A DNA stretch of 38,377 bases, taken from a virus. Taxonomy: Duplodnaviria; Caudoviricetes. Positions 1 to 7,408 of the stretch are shown here, piece after piece (position 1 is the first letter of the stretch; every line of letters starts with the position of its first letter). The position numbers were made by a program, and so were the translations under genes. Location: the IMG/VR virus record IMGVR_UViG_3300030606_000025, positions 1-38,377 of that record. One strand, given 5' to 3'. A model generated the notes under the pieces. The model saw nothing but the letters and a program-made list of their open reading frames with translations. It was not told the origin of the DNA and made no database searches.

Positions 1-957
1 TGGCCGGGCAGGTATCGGGACCGTGGCAAGCAATCGTTGGGAGGAAAAGGCACACGTATCATTATAGACGGCTTGGAGTTTGCTGGCGGATTACCTACAG
101 CAGTGTGGATGGTATCGCAAAATACACAGCCCGATTTCTGGGGCGGAGGCGCAATACGCATCCCGTTTGATGATTTGGTGTGGCTGCGTTACGCACCGGA
201 GGCAGACCAGATAGACGGTTTGCCAGTGATGCATGCGGCCATAGCGTCAGACGCGCAGCTTGCTGACTACGCTGAGACAGCGTTGATCCAATCGCGCGTA
301 GCAGCGTGTATGAGCGCGATGATCATGGCGGAGCCCCATCATTTGAGCACGGATATCCTGAATCTGGGTACTCGAGTAACGGACGCGGAGGGTAATGTGA
401 TTGAGGAGCTGACACCAGGATCGTTTGCCATTGTGCACGGAGCCAAAGGTGTCACGAGCATTGAACCTAAAGCTAACCATTTCCCTGTTGAACATCAAAA
501 CGCGCGTGTGTTTGCAGGCCAAGGGTTAACGGCTGAGGTTGCAGGAGGGGCAGCAGGAGGGGCAAGTTATTCGGGGCTTCGTTGGGCCATCACACAGCGC
601 GATGAGGCTGTCGAAGAGTTTTCGCGTCTCAGTGATTGGTTGGTGGGCATGCAGAGGGTTTTGGGCTGGTTCGTGGAAGCGGAAATGTTGGCAGGAAGGG
701 ACCACTCACAGGTTGTATTCCAGTGGCTACCAGGACGTAAAAGCGCTATTGACCCGGAGAAAGAAGCCAACGCCGATAAGATCCGTATCGAAAGTGGTGT
801 GAAATCCAAACGGGAAGTGATATTGCAATCTGGGCGCGACCCGGAGCAAGTTTTCCAGGAGATCGAAGATGAGCAAGCGCGCATTGGAAGCGAAGAGACC
901 GACTCAGATAACCCGGATCAGCGACAAATTCGCATGTTTGCGGGCGGAAAGCAGTAG
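1..957 (+). CDS. Portal protein, lambda family (5'-partial)
   Basis: Frame is open from base 1. C-terminal IDPEKEANADKIRIESGVKSKREVILQSGRDPEQVFQEIEDE and ASYSGLR motifs are typical of lambda-type portals. Lies directly upstream of the protease/capsid gene. Confidence 0.85.
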   Translation, partial: WPGRYRDRGKQSLGGKGTRIIIDGLEFAGGLPTAVWMVSQNTQPDFWGGGAIRIPFDDLVWLRYAPEADQIDGLPVMHAAIASDAQLADYAETALIQSRVAACMSAMIMAEPHHLSTDILNLGTRVTDAEGNVIEELTPGSFAIVHGAKGVTSIEPKANHFPVEHQNARVFAGQGLTAEVAGGAAGGASYSGLRWAITQRDEAVEEFSRLSDWLVGMQRVLGWFVEAEMLAGRDHSQVVFQWLPGRKSAIDPEKEANADKIRIESGVKSKREVILQSGRDPEQVFQEIEDEQARIGSEETDSDNPDQRQIRMFAGGKQ

Positions 958-2941
958 CGAAAGGCTCGAAAATGGGATCTTGAAGGTGCCCGGGACGCTC
1001 GCTACTGATTCGCTCGTGCGCGAGTATCATCGTGGTGTAGGGTTAGTGCAAATGCGCCTTGTCATCGACGCAAATACTATCGAGCGCTGGCGCGAAATGG
1101 GCATCTATTCCGTGCCGATCCTACGTGATCACGGCGGATGGATGCCAGGCGTGGAGCATCGCTGGGGAAAGATCGAGAATCTTCGCGTGCATCTCGACGG
1201 CGGCACAAAACGGGTCGATGGTGATTGGTTGTTTGATCCAGATTTGACCGTTGACGCAAAGGGAAAACCCTTGATCAGTGCGATCGAGCGTGGGTCGCTT
1301 GATTCAACGTCCGTTGGTTTTGATTACAGCACGATCATGCTGATTGAGCAGCGAGATGACGGCCTTTCCGTGTACGAAACTCGCGATTGGTGGCCACGCG
1401 AAGGCTCAATGGTGTGGGCCGGCGCAGATATCCAAAGCAAATTAAACAGGAGCGATAACATGGATCCCGAGCAGTTGCAGCAAATCATTGAAAGCGCCGT
1501 AGAAACCGGCATCAAGCGCGGACTCGAGCACACTCGGGCGCCAAAACCTGAGCCCGAGCCCGCCAGCACCAATGAAGCAACTTTCGAGCGTGTGTCCGGT
1601 ATCGCGATCGAGAAGCTGGACAAAGACACAGCACAGCGTCTGATCCGAGAGTCGGGTGGGAGTGCGCTTGTACTGGGGGCCATGGTTCGAGCAGAGATCG
1701 CAACCGAGCCTGAGAGCCCGGTGCGAGTGCCGACTGTTGCCGGTGGCGAGCCGGGTCACCAGCGCGCAAGTGAGGCACTCGGTGCAATCCTGCTGGCACG
1801 TGGTCACCAGGGCAACGAGGAGTTTGAGAAGGCTGCACGTCAGATTGACCAGGACTATCAGATGCGTTCAACGCTGTATCTATTGCAGCAATACGCCGAG
1901 TCGATCGGAGTACGTAGTTACGGTGAAACCAAAGAGACGTTCGTGCGCGATTTATTCGCGGAGTCGCGCAAGCGCGCGCTGGAATCCAGTGGTGTGGAGA
2001 TACGCGACGGCGGGCGTTATTACAACAAGCGTGGATCTGGTCTCGTGCCGGCAGATCTGCCGTCCACGTTTCAGGATGTTCAGCGAAAAGCGCTAATTGG
2101 CGGGTATATGCGTGAGAGCCTTCCCTTGGCCCAACTTGCGCGCCAGCGTACGGCTACGGATTTCCTCGAACACAAAGAGGTACACGTTGATCTTGCGGCC
2201 AAATTCGATCCGCTGGCTGTGGACCAGCAGTTGCATCCGATCTTCGCGTACGATCAGGAAGGGAGCTATCGAGCATTCAAATACGGACATGTGCACTTGA
2301 TCGATTACAGTGCTATTGTCCAAGATGATCTCAACGCGTTGATCACGATCCCTGGCCAGCTCGGAGAACTGTATGCTGCAGGTGAAACACGCGAGTTTGT
2401 GCGTGTGGTCTCCCTGCCGAGCGCATACTCTGGCGGCTACGTGATCAGCAACGCCGCGATCGACTTCAAGGTCAACTTTATCGCGGTACGCACACATGCG
2501 GATGCACAGGAGCCGGTTACGCGTCCTGCGGGGTCTGATCCCAACGTGGACGACAACCGTACACGTGCGCTGCGTCCGACCGTCGCGATCTTCCCGACCA
2601 GTCTGTATGACGATTGGTGGGAATATATGACGCCGGAAAACTTCGACAACCGCGCGGATCGCGTGCGACTGCCTTACCTTCGTAATCTTTTCGCGCGTTC
2701 GCACGAGACATTGTACCAGCCGGCCAACACCGTGAATCTGTGGCCTGGACCTGAGACCAATTTTTGTCCGTTTGTGGTCGCTCGTGTGGCAGGGCATGAG
2801 ATGCGCGTGGAATTGCGGGAAACCGTGGATCCACGGGAACAAGACGGACTATGGATCAGGGTGCAGAACTCCTACGCTGCAAACCGAACGCATCCAGGCA
2901 AGTATGCGTATCGTGTCAAGACTGATTCGGTATCCCCATAA
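869..2941 (+). CDS. Prohead protease (HK97/S78-like) fused to a Mu gpT-like major capsid protein
   Basis: N-terminal LRDH...STSVGF...WWPREGSMVWAGAD protease motifs. C-terminal DLPSTF..ALIGGY..ATDF..KYGHVHLIDYSAIVQDDLNALITIPGQLG capsid motifs. AGGAG RBS precedes ATG 869; the gene overlaps the portal end by 89 nt. Confidence 0.85.
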   Translation: MSKRALEAKRPTQITRISDKFACLRAESSSERLENGILKVPGTLATDSLVREYHRGVGLVQMRLVIDANTIERWREMGIYSVPILRDHGGWMPGVEHRWGKIENLRVHLDGGTKRVDGDWLFDPDLTVDAKGKPLISAIERGSLDSTSVGFDYSTIMLIEQRDDGLSVYETRDWWPREGSMVWAGADIQSKLNRSDNMDPEQLQQIIESAVETGIKRGLEHTRAPKPEPEPASTNEATFERVSGIAIEKLDKDTAQRLIRESGGSALVLGAMVRAEIATEPESPVRVPTVAGGEPGHQRASEALGAILLARGHQGNEEFEKAARQIDQDYQMRSTLYLLQQYAESIGVRSYGETKETFVRDLFAESRKRALESSGVEIRDGGRYYNKRGSGLVPADLPSTFQDVQRKALIGGYMRESLPLAQLARQRTATDFLEHKEVHVDLAAKFDPLAVDQQLHPIFAYDQEGSYRAFKYGHVHLIDYSAIVQDDLNALITIPGQLGELYAAGETREFVRVVSLPSAYSGGYVISNAAIDFKVNFIAVRTHADAQEPVTRPAGSDPNVDDNRTRALRPTVAIFPTSLYDDWWEYMTPENFDNRADRVRLPYLRNLFARSHETLYQPANTVNLWPGPETNFCPFVVARVAGHEMRVELRETVDPREQDGLWIRVQNSYAANRTHPGKYAYRVKTDSVSP

Positions 2942-2976
2942 TCCCCACAATAGCGTGCAAAAATAGGAGCGATATA

Positions 2977-3666
2977 ATGGCACAAGGACAATGGTATCTC
3001 GGCAATAAGCAGTTGGTGCGCGGCACACCTGCGGCCGACAATCTCAAAGGCACACTTGCCACACTGGTTGATGTCGTCGGTATCGTCACCAATGACGGCA
3101 CGCTCGGGGGGGAGGCGATCATTACCACTCTCGGTGGACCGGAGTACACGGAGAGCGTGTTTGCTGCTGAAGTGATCGCCGCTGGCCAGGCGCTGTATTA
3201 TCACGCGCAGAGCGACGTGCTCACAGGCATGGTCACGGATTGGCCCTTCGGGTGGGCCGAGCGCGCCAAAGGAGAGACCGACACCGGGCTCACCGTCGTG
3301 GCAACGCGGCCGGTGCGCCAGCGCGGCAAACTCACCGTGCCGCTGAACTTCGCGGAGGGTTTCGCCGCGGACCTGGGGGACATAGGCACCGCCAACCTGA
3401 TCACGTTCGCCAGCGAGAAGCTCATCACGAGTGCGCGCCTGATCCATGACGGCAACCTAGCGGGGGCAACGGCCACGGTCGCGCTCGACGGCGACAGCGC
3501 GGACACTATCTACGCAGCAGCGGCAGTGAGCACGTTCGATGCGTCGGGCGAAGAAGTTAGCACGTTGCCTCCCGTGGCCGCGAGCAAGATCGATCTGACG
3601 ATCGCGGTCGCTGCGCTCACGGCCGGCATACTCGTGGTCGAGATCGAGTACAGCGACATTGCCTGA
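2977..3666 (+). CDS. Capsid decoration/cement protein (DUF2190-like N-terminus plus extra beta-rich C-terminal domain)
   Basis: Position after capsid; VVGIVTNDGTLG..IAAGQALYY..PFGWAERAKG resembles DUF2190; strong RBS AGGAG. Confidence 0.6.
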   Translation: MAQGQWYLGNKQLVRGTPAADNLKGTLATLVDVVGIVTNDGTLGGEAIITTLGGPEYTESVFAAEVIAAGQALYYHAQSDVLTGMVTDWPFGWAERAKGETDTGLTVVATRPVRQRGKLTVPLNFAEGFAADLGDIGTANLITFASEKLITSARLIHDGNLAGATATVALDGDSADTIYAAAAVSTFDASGEEVSTLPPVAASKIDLTIAVAALTAGILVVEIEYSDIA

Positions 3667-4012
3667 TTGGTGGAGCGATAGCGTGGCTCTACTCGAGCAA
3701 GAGACCCACGCTGTATTCGGTTCCGATGGCACGGGAACGCCAACCGTCGGCGCAGCATTCCCGGTCCGTGGCGTCCTGCATGAGCACGCATCTAGGGCCA
3801 AGCACGTGGCTGAGTTACTCGATGAGCACGGCTATCCTGTAGACAACCCGCTGCTTGAACTGCGCCGATCAGAAGGCTATAGCAAGGTCCAGTGGCCTAT
3901 CGGTAGCGATGGTGTGTACGGAACGCTCACGCTGGCGTCGCCAGCGGAGTCGTATACAGTGGTGTGGGTGTTAGAAACAGCTACGTTGCTGTTTCTAGGG
4001 CTGGGCAATTGA
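3659..4012 (+). CDS. Putative head-tail joining protein
   Basis: 117 aa; position after the decoration gene; beta-rich pattern (ETHAVFG..FPVRGVL..YTVVWV..LFLGL). Start uncertain (TTG). Confidence 0.5.
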   Translation: MPDWWSDSVALLEQETHAVFGSDGTGTPTVGAAFPVRGVLHEHASRAKHVAELLDEHGYPVDNPLLELRRSEGYSKVQWPIGSDGVYGTLTLASPAESYTVVWVLETATLLFLGLGN

Positions 4013-4328
4013 CAATTGACAGTTCAGCGTAAAGAGAGCCAATCTCCGGGATCAGTTCATCGACCAGGGCAGGGGCCTGGAGTCGCTGTGCGATCTCGGT
4101 GGCCAGCTCGGTAGGGGTCTCATTGAACTGTCTTTCCTCGCCTCGATGGTAGAGCGTGGAAACGATCTCTATCTCGCCAATGGCCACGCTCAGAGTAAAG
4201 GCCATGGTATCGTACCCACGGAGCTTGTGGCGTGGCGAGGTACGGAGTTCGAGCGACTTTGCATGCAAGGTGATCGTAAAATATCCGACCTTGCATGTGG
4301 TGGTGATCTGGGTTGGTTTCAATGTCAT
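3981..4328 (-). CDS. Hypothetical protein (leaderless cassette 1)
   Basis: ATG is 8 nt after the TATAAG of the conserved promoter at 4337-4366. Confidence 0.65.
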   Translation of the reverse strand: MTLKPTQITTTCKVGYFTITLHAKSLELRTSPRHKLRGYDTMAFTLSVAIGEIEIVSTLYHRGEERQFNETPTELATEIAQRLQAPALVDELIPEIGSLYAELSIVNCPALETAT

Positions 4329-4336
4329 GTCACCCT

Positions 4337-4366
4337 CTTATAGCCCGCGATTAACGGACAAGTCAA
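4337..4366 (-). promoter_or_regulatory. Sigma70-type promoter with a 17-bp operator in the spacer
   Basis: Minus strand TTGACT-TGTCCGTTAATCGCGGGC-TATAAG; operator at 4343-4359; identical to 7308-7337. Confidence 0.8.
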
Positions 4367-4489
4367 AACTTTTTCGTAAAAAAGCCCGCTCAGAGTTTTA
4401 CTAGTAAAACTTTTGCGTCCCGACACACCGACCGATCATCGCCGGGCACCCGTCCGATCAAGAAGTTCCGCGCGGTCGTCATACTGCGG

Positions 4490-4741
4490 TCAATCCCATC
4501 TGTGATCGAGTCGCCGGAGCCACTGCTCGTTGATCGAGTCGCCGGAGCCACTGCATGGGTGCCCGCCCTGTCCTGCGGTACAATCCTGTCTGGGCTCCCC
4601 GCACTCTTGACATGCAGGGAGTGCTTCGCAGGTCCTGCACCAGTGCGACTGGGCGTGATCCTTCGGCTTGCCACACCTATCGCACACCTTCCCATAATAG
4701 ACGACATCGAAATGAATGTGTTGATAGCACTCGTTGCTCAT
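4490..4741 (-). CDS. Cys-rich (CxxC x3) zinc-finger protein, probably truncated by a frameshifting duplication
   Basis: CDRC, CRTC and CQEC motifs. A 24-bp repeat with 28-bp period shifts the frame; the alternative frame continues to the stop at 4390. Confidence 0.55.
   Translation of the reverse strand: MSNECYQHIHFDVVYYGKVCDRCGKPKDHAQSHWCRTCEALPACQECGEPRQDCTAGQGGHPCSGSGDSINEQWLRRLDHRWD
4503..4554. repeat. 24-bp direct repeat TGATCGAGTCGCCGGAGCCACTGC x2 (4503-4526, 4531-4554)
   Basis: Read directly from the sequence. Confidence 0.95.
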
Positions 4742-4751
4742 GTTGACTATC

Positions 4752-4844
4752 CTATCGTCCGATCAAGTCCCGCACGACATCGCCACTCGTCGGTTTGGTG
4801 GCGATTTGCTCGGGTAATCGGTTGAGTTCGCGTTTGTGGCTCAT
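4752..4844 (-). CDS. 30-aa peptide MSHKRELNRLPEQIATKPTSGDVVRDLIGR (leaderless cassette 2)
   Basis: Manual translation, below the ORF-track cutoff; ATG is 8 nt after the TATAAG of promoter 4853-4882. Confidence 0.5.
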   Translation of the reverse strand: MSHKRELNRLPEQIATKPTSGDVVRDLIGR

Positions 4845-4921
4845 GTCTAACTCTTATAGCCCGCGAATAACGGGCAAGTCAAACCTTTTCCGTCAGAAAA
4901 ATCACTGCTCAGGCGCGCAGT
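4841..4921. repeat. ~80-bp direct repeat, copy 1 (start codon + promoter/operator + upstream box)
   Basis: 4853-4921 is identical to 5071-5139 (69 bp) and extends left to TCATGTCTAAC with a 1-nt indel. Confidence 0.95.
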
Positions 4922-5063
4922 TGTGTAAATGAACTAGCACCCACGCGCTCAGGCGCGCGCCGACATCGTTATCGGGCCGTGTCCAGATCTGCCGCCTACA
5001 GGCAGCGACCAGGGTCTGAATTGCGAGCTGATGAATGTCTGTGGTGGCAGCGTTGTTGATCAT
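4902..5063 (-). CDS. 53-aa peptide MINNAATTDIHQLAIQTLVAACRRQIWTRPDNDVGARLSAWVLVHLHNCAPEQ (leaderless cassette 3)
   Basis: Manual translation; ATG is 7 nt after TATAAG; the stop codon lies inside repeat copy 1. Confidence 0.55.
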   Translation of the reverse strand: MINNAATTDIHQLAIQTLVAACRRQIWTRPDNDVGARLSAWVLVHLHNCAPEQ

Positions 5064-5139
5064 GTCTAACCTTATAGCCCGCGAATAACGGGCAAGTCAA
5101 ACCTTTTCCGTCAGAAAAATCACTGCTCAGGCGCGCAGT
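5060..5139. repeat. ~80-bp direct repeat, copy 2 (promoter 5071-5100, operator 5077-5093)
   Basis: See copy 1; minus strand TTGACT-TGCCCGTTATTCGCGGGC-TATAAG. Confidence 0.95.
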
Positions 5140-5161
5140 GTCTCATGGTACCTTAGGGCCC
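5113..5161 (+). promoter_or_regulatory. Putative late promoter: AGAAAAATC-ACTG-N10-CAGT box followed by -10 TACCTT
   Basis: Same architecture and spacing as 11068-11115; -10 at 5149-5154, 7 nt before ATG 5162. Confidence 0.5.
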
Positions 5162-6070
5162 ATGGATCGCAACTTCGGCCCAGCCGGTAATAACGGCCCT
5201 ATCCCCCCTGTCTACCTGAGCGCTGCCCAAATTACAGGGGAAGCAATGGAGCTGGGCACCTTCCAGAATCTAGGCGTTCAGCCGCCCACAAGCTTGCGCC
5301 CTGAGTCGATTACCATGCTCTTCGAAGAGCTGCGCAACCTTGTGATTGGCCTCGGTGGCACGCCCGCACCGGATATCGATACGCAGCTCCGTGACTTGTT
5401 GCTGCCATTGCTCGTGCAAGGCGTGGCTGCGCCGGCCGAATGGGCGTACACGACAACGCCTGATGCGCGGTTCGTGGGCTACGCGGACGAACCCAACGGT
5501 GAGCGCGCAAAGGTGGAGAGCGGGGGCTTAGTGATGCGCGAGCCTGTTGCAGGCGCGGCCAACACGTTCGCGCTGGAAGTGCCCTCGGGCTGGGACGGGG
5601 GCGCAAATGTGGTCGTGAGCGTTCCGCCCGCTGCGTACGTGCCCGATAACGTGGAAATGGCCATGTTTGCGCTCGGAACCTGGATACCGAGTGTGGGCGG
5701 AGGGCTAGCGACACCAAGCTACCCCGGCGTCAGGGACGGGATTTACCAGCGCATAGGCCATATCGTGCACGTTTCTTTCAGGGTCGAGTGGTCAGGTGCT
5801 ACGCCCAGTGGATCGGCTGTAACCCTTACAGGGTTGCCCTACGGCACCACAGGCAACGCACGCGGTTTAACCGTACAGGACGCCCAGTTTTCAGGCACGG
5901 CGCAGTTAGGCGCGGGATCGGGTGCCTTATACTCTGTCAAACCCAGGCCTAGCCCGTCAGATGCGCTATTCTACAATAGTGCAGGAACTGTACTGAACGG
6001 AACAACAGCAACAGCAGCCGGTTTCTTGTACGGTTCCTTCTGGTACTGGGTTAACCTCAATACGCCGTAA
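5162..6070 (+). CDS. Tail fibre protein (Mu gpS-like N-terminal attachment domain)
   Basis: GTFQN..PPTSLRPESITMLFEELRNLVIGLGGTP...DTQLRDLL matches the Mu-type fibre N-terminus. GTWIP...GIYQRIGHIVHVSF is a common fibre C-terminal beta domain. Confidence 0.7.
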   Translation: MDRNFGPAGNNGPIPPVYLSAAQITGEAMELGTFQNLGVQPPTSLRPESITMLFEELRNLVIGLGGTPAPDIDTQLRDLLLPLLVQGVAAPAEWAYTTTPDARFVGYADEPNGERAKVESGGLVMREPVAGAANTFALEVPSGWDGGANVVVSVPPAAYVPDNVEMAMFALGTWIPSVGGGLATPSYPGVRDGIYQRIGHIVHVSFRVEWSGATPSGSAVTLTGLPYGTTGNARGLTVQDAQFSGTAQLGAGSGALYSVKPRPSPSDALFYNSAGTVLNGTTATAAGFLYGSFWYWVNLNTP

Positions 6071-6468
6071 GAAGGAAGGGTTATCAGTAGCGATGGTTTT
6101 GCACCGTCGGAAAACGCTTTGATCCGGTATGTAACACCGGCGTAAAAGTGCAAGTCGTCGAACGCACCATCATCCGGCGTCAGACAGACCGTTTGTGAAC
6201 CGCTGGCCGCGCCGATGATGCTTACTCCGGTGTTGTTCACCTGAATCAGAGACAACGCAAGTTCTGATTCGCGGGCGTATAGACAGATACTATCGAAATA
6301 CGTCTCCTGATCGTAGGTTAACTCAACAGCGTACTCGCCTGGAGCAACCTCGGTTATGGAGGGAGCAAACACACAGGGTGTCACCCATGTGTTTGGTGGC
6401 CCCTCACACCCAGCCACAGCACCCAGCGCAAACAGCAGCAATAGGACGGAACAGATTTTTTGTTTCAT
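5971..6468 (-). CDS. Lipoprotein
   Basis: MKQK, hydrophobic stretch and lipobox VAG-C21. Overlaps the fibre gene 3' end convergently by 100 nt. Confidence 0.65.
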   Translation of the reverse strand: MKQKICSVLLLLFALGAVAGCEGPPNTWVTPCVFAPSITEVAPGEYAVELTYDQETYFDSICLYARESELALSLIQVNNTGVSIIGAASGSQTVCLTPDDGAFDDLHFYAGVTYRIKAFSDGAKPSLLITLPSYGVLRLTQYQKEPYKKPAAVAVVPFSTVPALL

Positions 6469-6579
6469 GGCTAACTAGTGGCACAGGGCCGCGAATCTGT
6501 GAACGCCGCGTGGGCGATTTCGTGAATCAGGGATTGGGGCTTGTTCTCCAGGCCTTTTTGGTACCAGCAAGACCGCTCA

Positions 6580-6834
6580 TCACTCGTGCATACCAGTCGC
6601 CAGGGTACTCCACTGCCCTACCTGCCAGCCGTTGGCATACGCCGCAGGATTCCAACACGCGACTCGGTACTCGAGTCCTTGGCCGGACGCGAACAGACCA
6701 GCAGCAAACGCATCGTAGCCACAGTGGCGCAATCCGTCAGTGAAGCCTGTCACTTGCTGGTTGCGCAACACAAGTGCGCAATCGACGAGAAACCAGCGAA
6801 GGTTGCGACAAAAATCAGACAGCGCCCAGCTCAC
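6580..6834 (-). CDS. Hypothetical protein, 84 aa
   Basis: GTG start overlaps the TGA of the upstream gene (GTGA coupling at 6831-6834). Confidence 0.5.
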   Translation of the reverse strand: MSWALSDFCRNLRWFLVDCALVLRNQQVTGFTDGLRHCGYDAFAAGLFASGQGLEYRVACWNPAAYANGWQVGQWSTLATGMHE

Positions 6835-7301
6835 AGTTCCACCCCGATCCTGGATGTGGCTGCTTGCACGTCCCCCCACAGGCGCAGTTCACTGTTGGAC
6901 AGGTGGATCGCCGCGAAGTTGTCCGGGGCCAGGCCCAGGCGCCCGGCGAACAGCACGAGCACGATGGCCGTGGGCGCAAACTCGCGCACATCCGAGATCA
7001 ACGTGTTCGCACTCACGCCATCAGGCCGGTACACGACCACGACCTTAGCTTGCCCGACAGCCTCGGGCCGGCAGGTTACGCTCACGTGCGGGATCGCGTC
7101 CGCCTTGAGCGCTTTCTCAAGCTTTTGCGCACCGTCGAGCGCGTCCTTGTGGGCCAGGATCGTGACGGGGACCTTGGAACGGGCAAAAAACGCCTGCGCC
7201 CGGCGACGCAGGGTGCGTAGAGCCACGGCGCCCGTGACGCCGCCCGACACACCCAGGACAGAGAGAACGAGAGCAACGATTTCAGCGATGTTGTTTTCCA
7301 T
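6831..7301 (-). CDS. Membrane-anchored protein with a small Rossmannoid/receiver-like domain (leaderless cassette 4)
   Basis: N-terminal TM helix followed by RTLRRR, then an alternating beta/alpha pattern. ATG is 6 nt after TATAAG. Confidence 0.7.
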   Translation of the reverse strand: MENNIAEIVALVLSVLGVSGGVTGAVALRTLRRRAQAFFARSKVPVTILAHKDALDGAQKLEKALKADAIPHVSVTCRPEAVGQAKVVVVYRPDGVSANTLISDVREFAPTAIVLVLFAGRLGLAPDNFAAIHLSNSELRLWGDVQAATSRIGVEL

Positions 7302-7307
7302 TCCTCA

Positions 7308-7337
7308 CTTATAGCCCGCGATTAACGGACAAGTCAA
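7308..7337 (-). promoter_or_regulatory. Promoter/operator copy (operator 7314-7330)
   Basis: 30 bp identical to 4337-4366. Confidence 0.8.
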
Positions 7338-7378
7338 CCTGGAAATCACAAAGTACTTTGTCGTATGCGTTGTTTTTG

Positions 7379-7402
7379 CACCGTTATTAACGGCCAAGTC
7401 AA
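7379..7402 (-). promoter_or_regulatory. Operator with symmetric core CCGTTA-T-TAACGG plus TTGACT, no clear -10
   Basis: Core at 7381-7393; AGTCAA at 7397-7402 in the same register as the other copies. Confidence 0.65.
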
Positions 7403-7408
7403 GTAAGA

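Noticed and set aside
5162-6070. Diversity-generating retroelement targeting the fibre
   Set aside because: No reverse transcriptase and no template/variable repeat pair were seen.
6541-7314. 257-aa plus-strand ORF and similar long shadow ORFs (e.g. 9674-10480, 14822-15688)
   Set aside because: Antisense to better-supported genes in GC-rich DNA, with no RBS or motifs.
4337-7337. ~30-bp repeats as a CRISPR array
   Set aside because: Spacings are 218 bp to over 2 kb and contain ORFs, the repeats carry -35/-10 boxes, and there is no cas operon.
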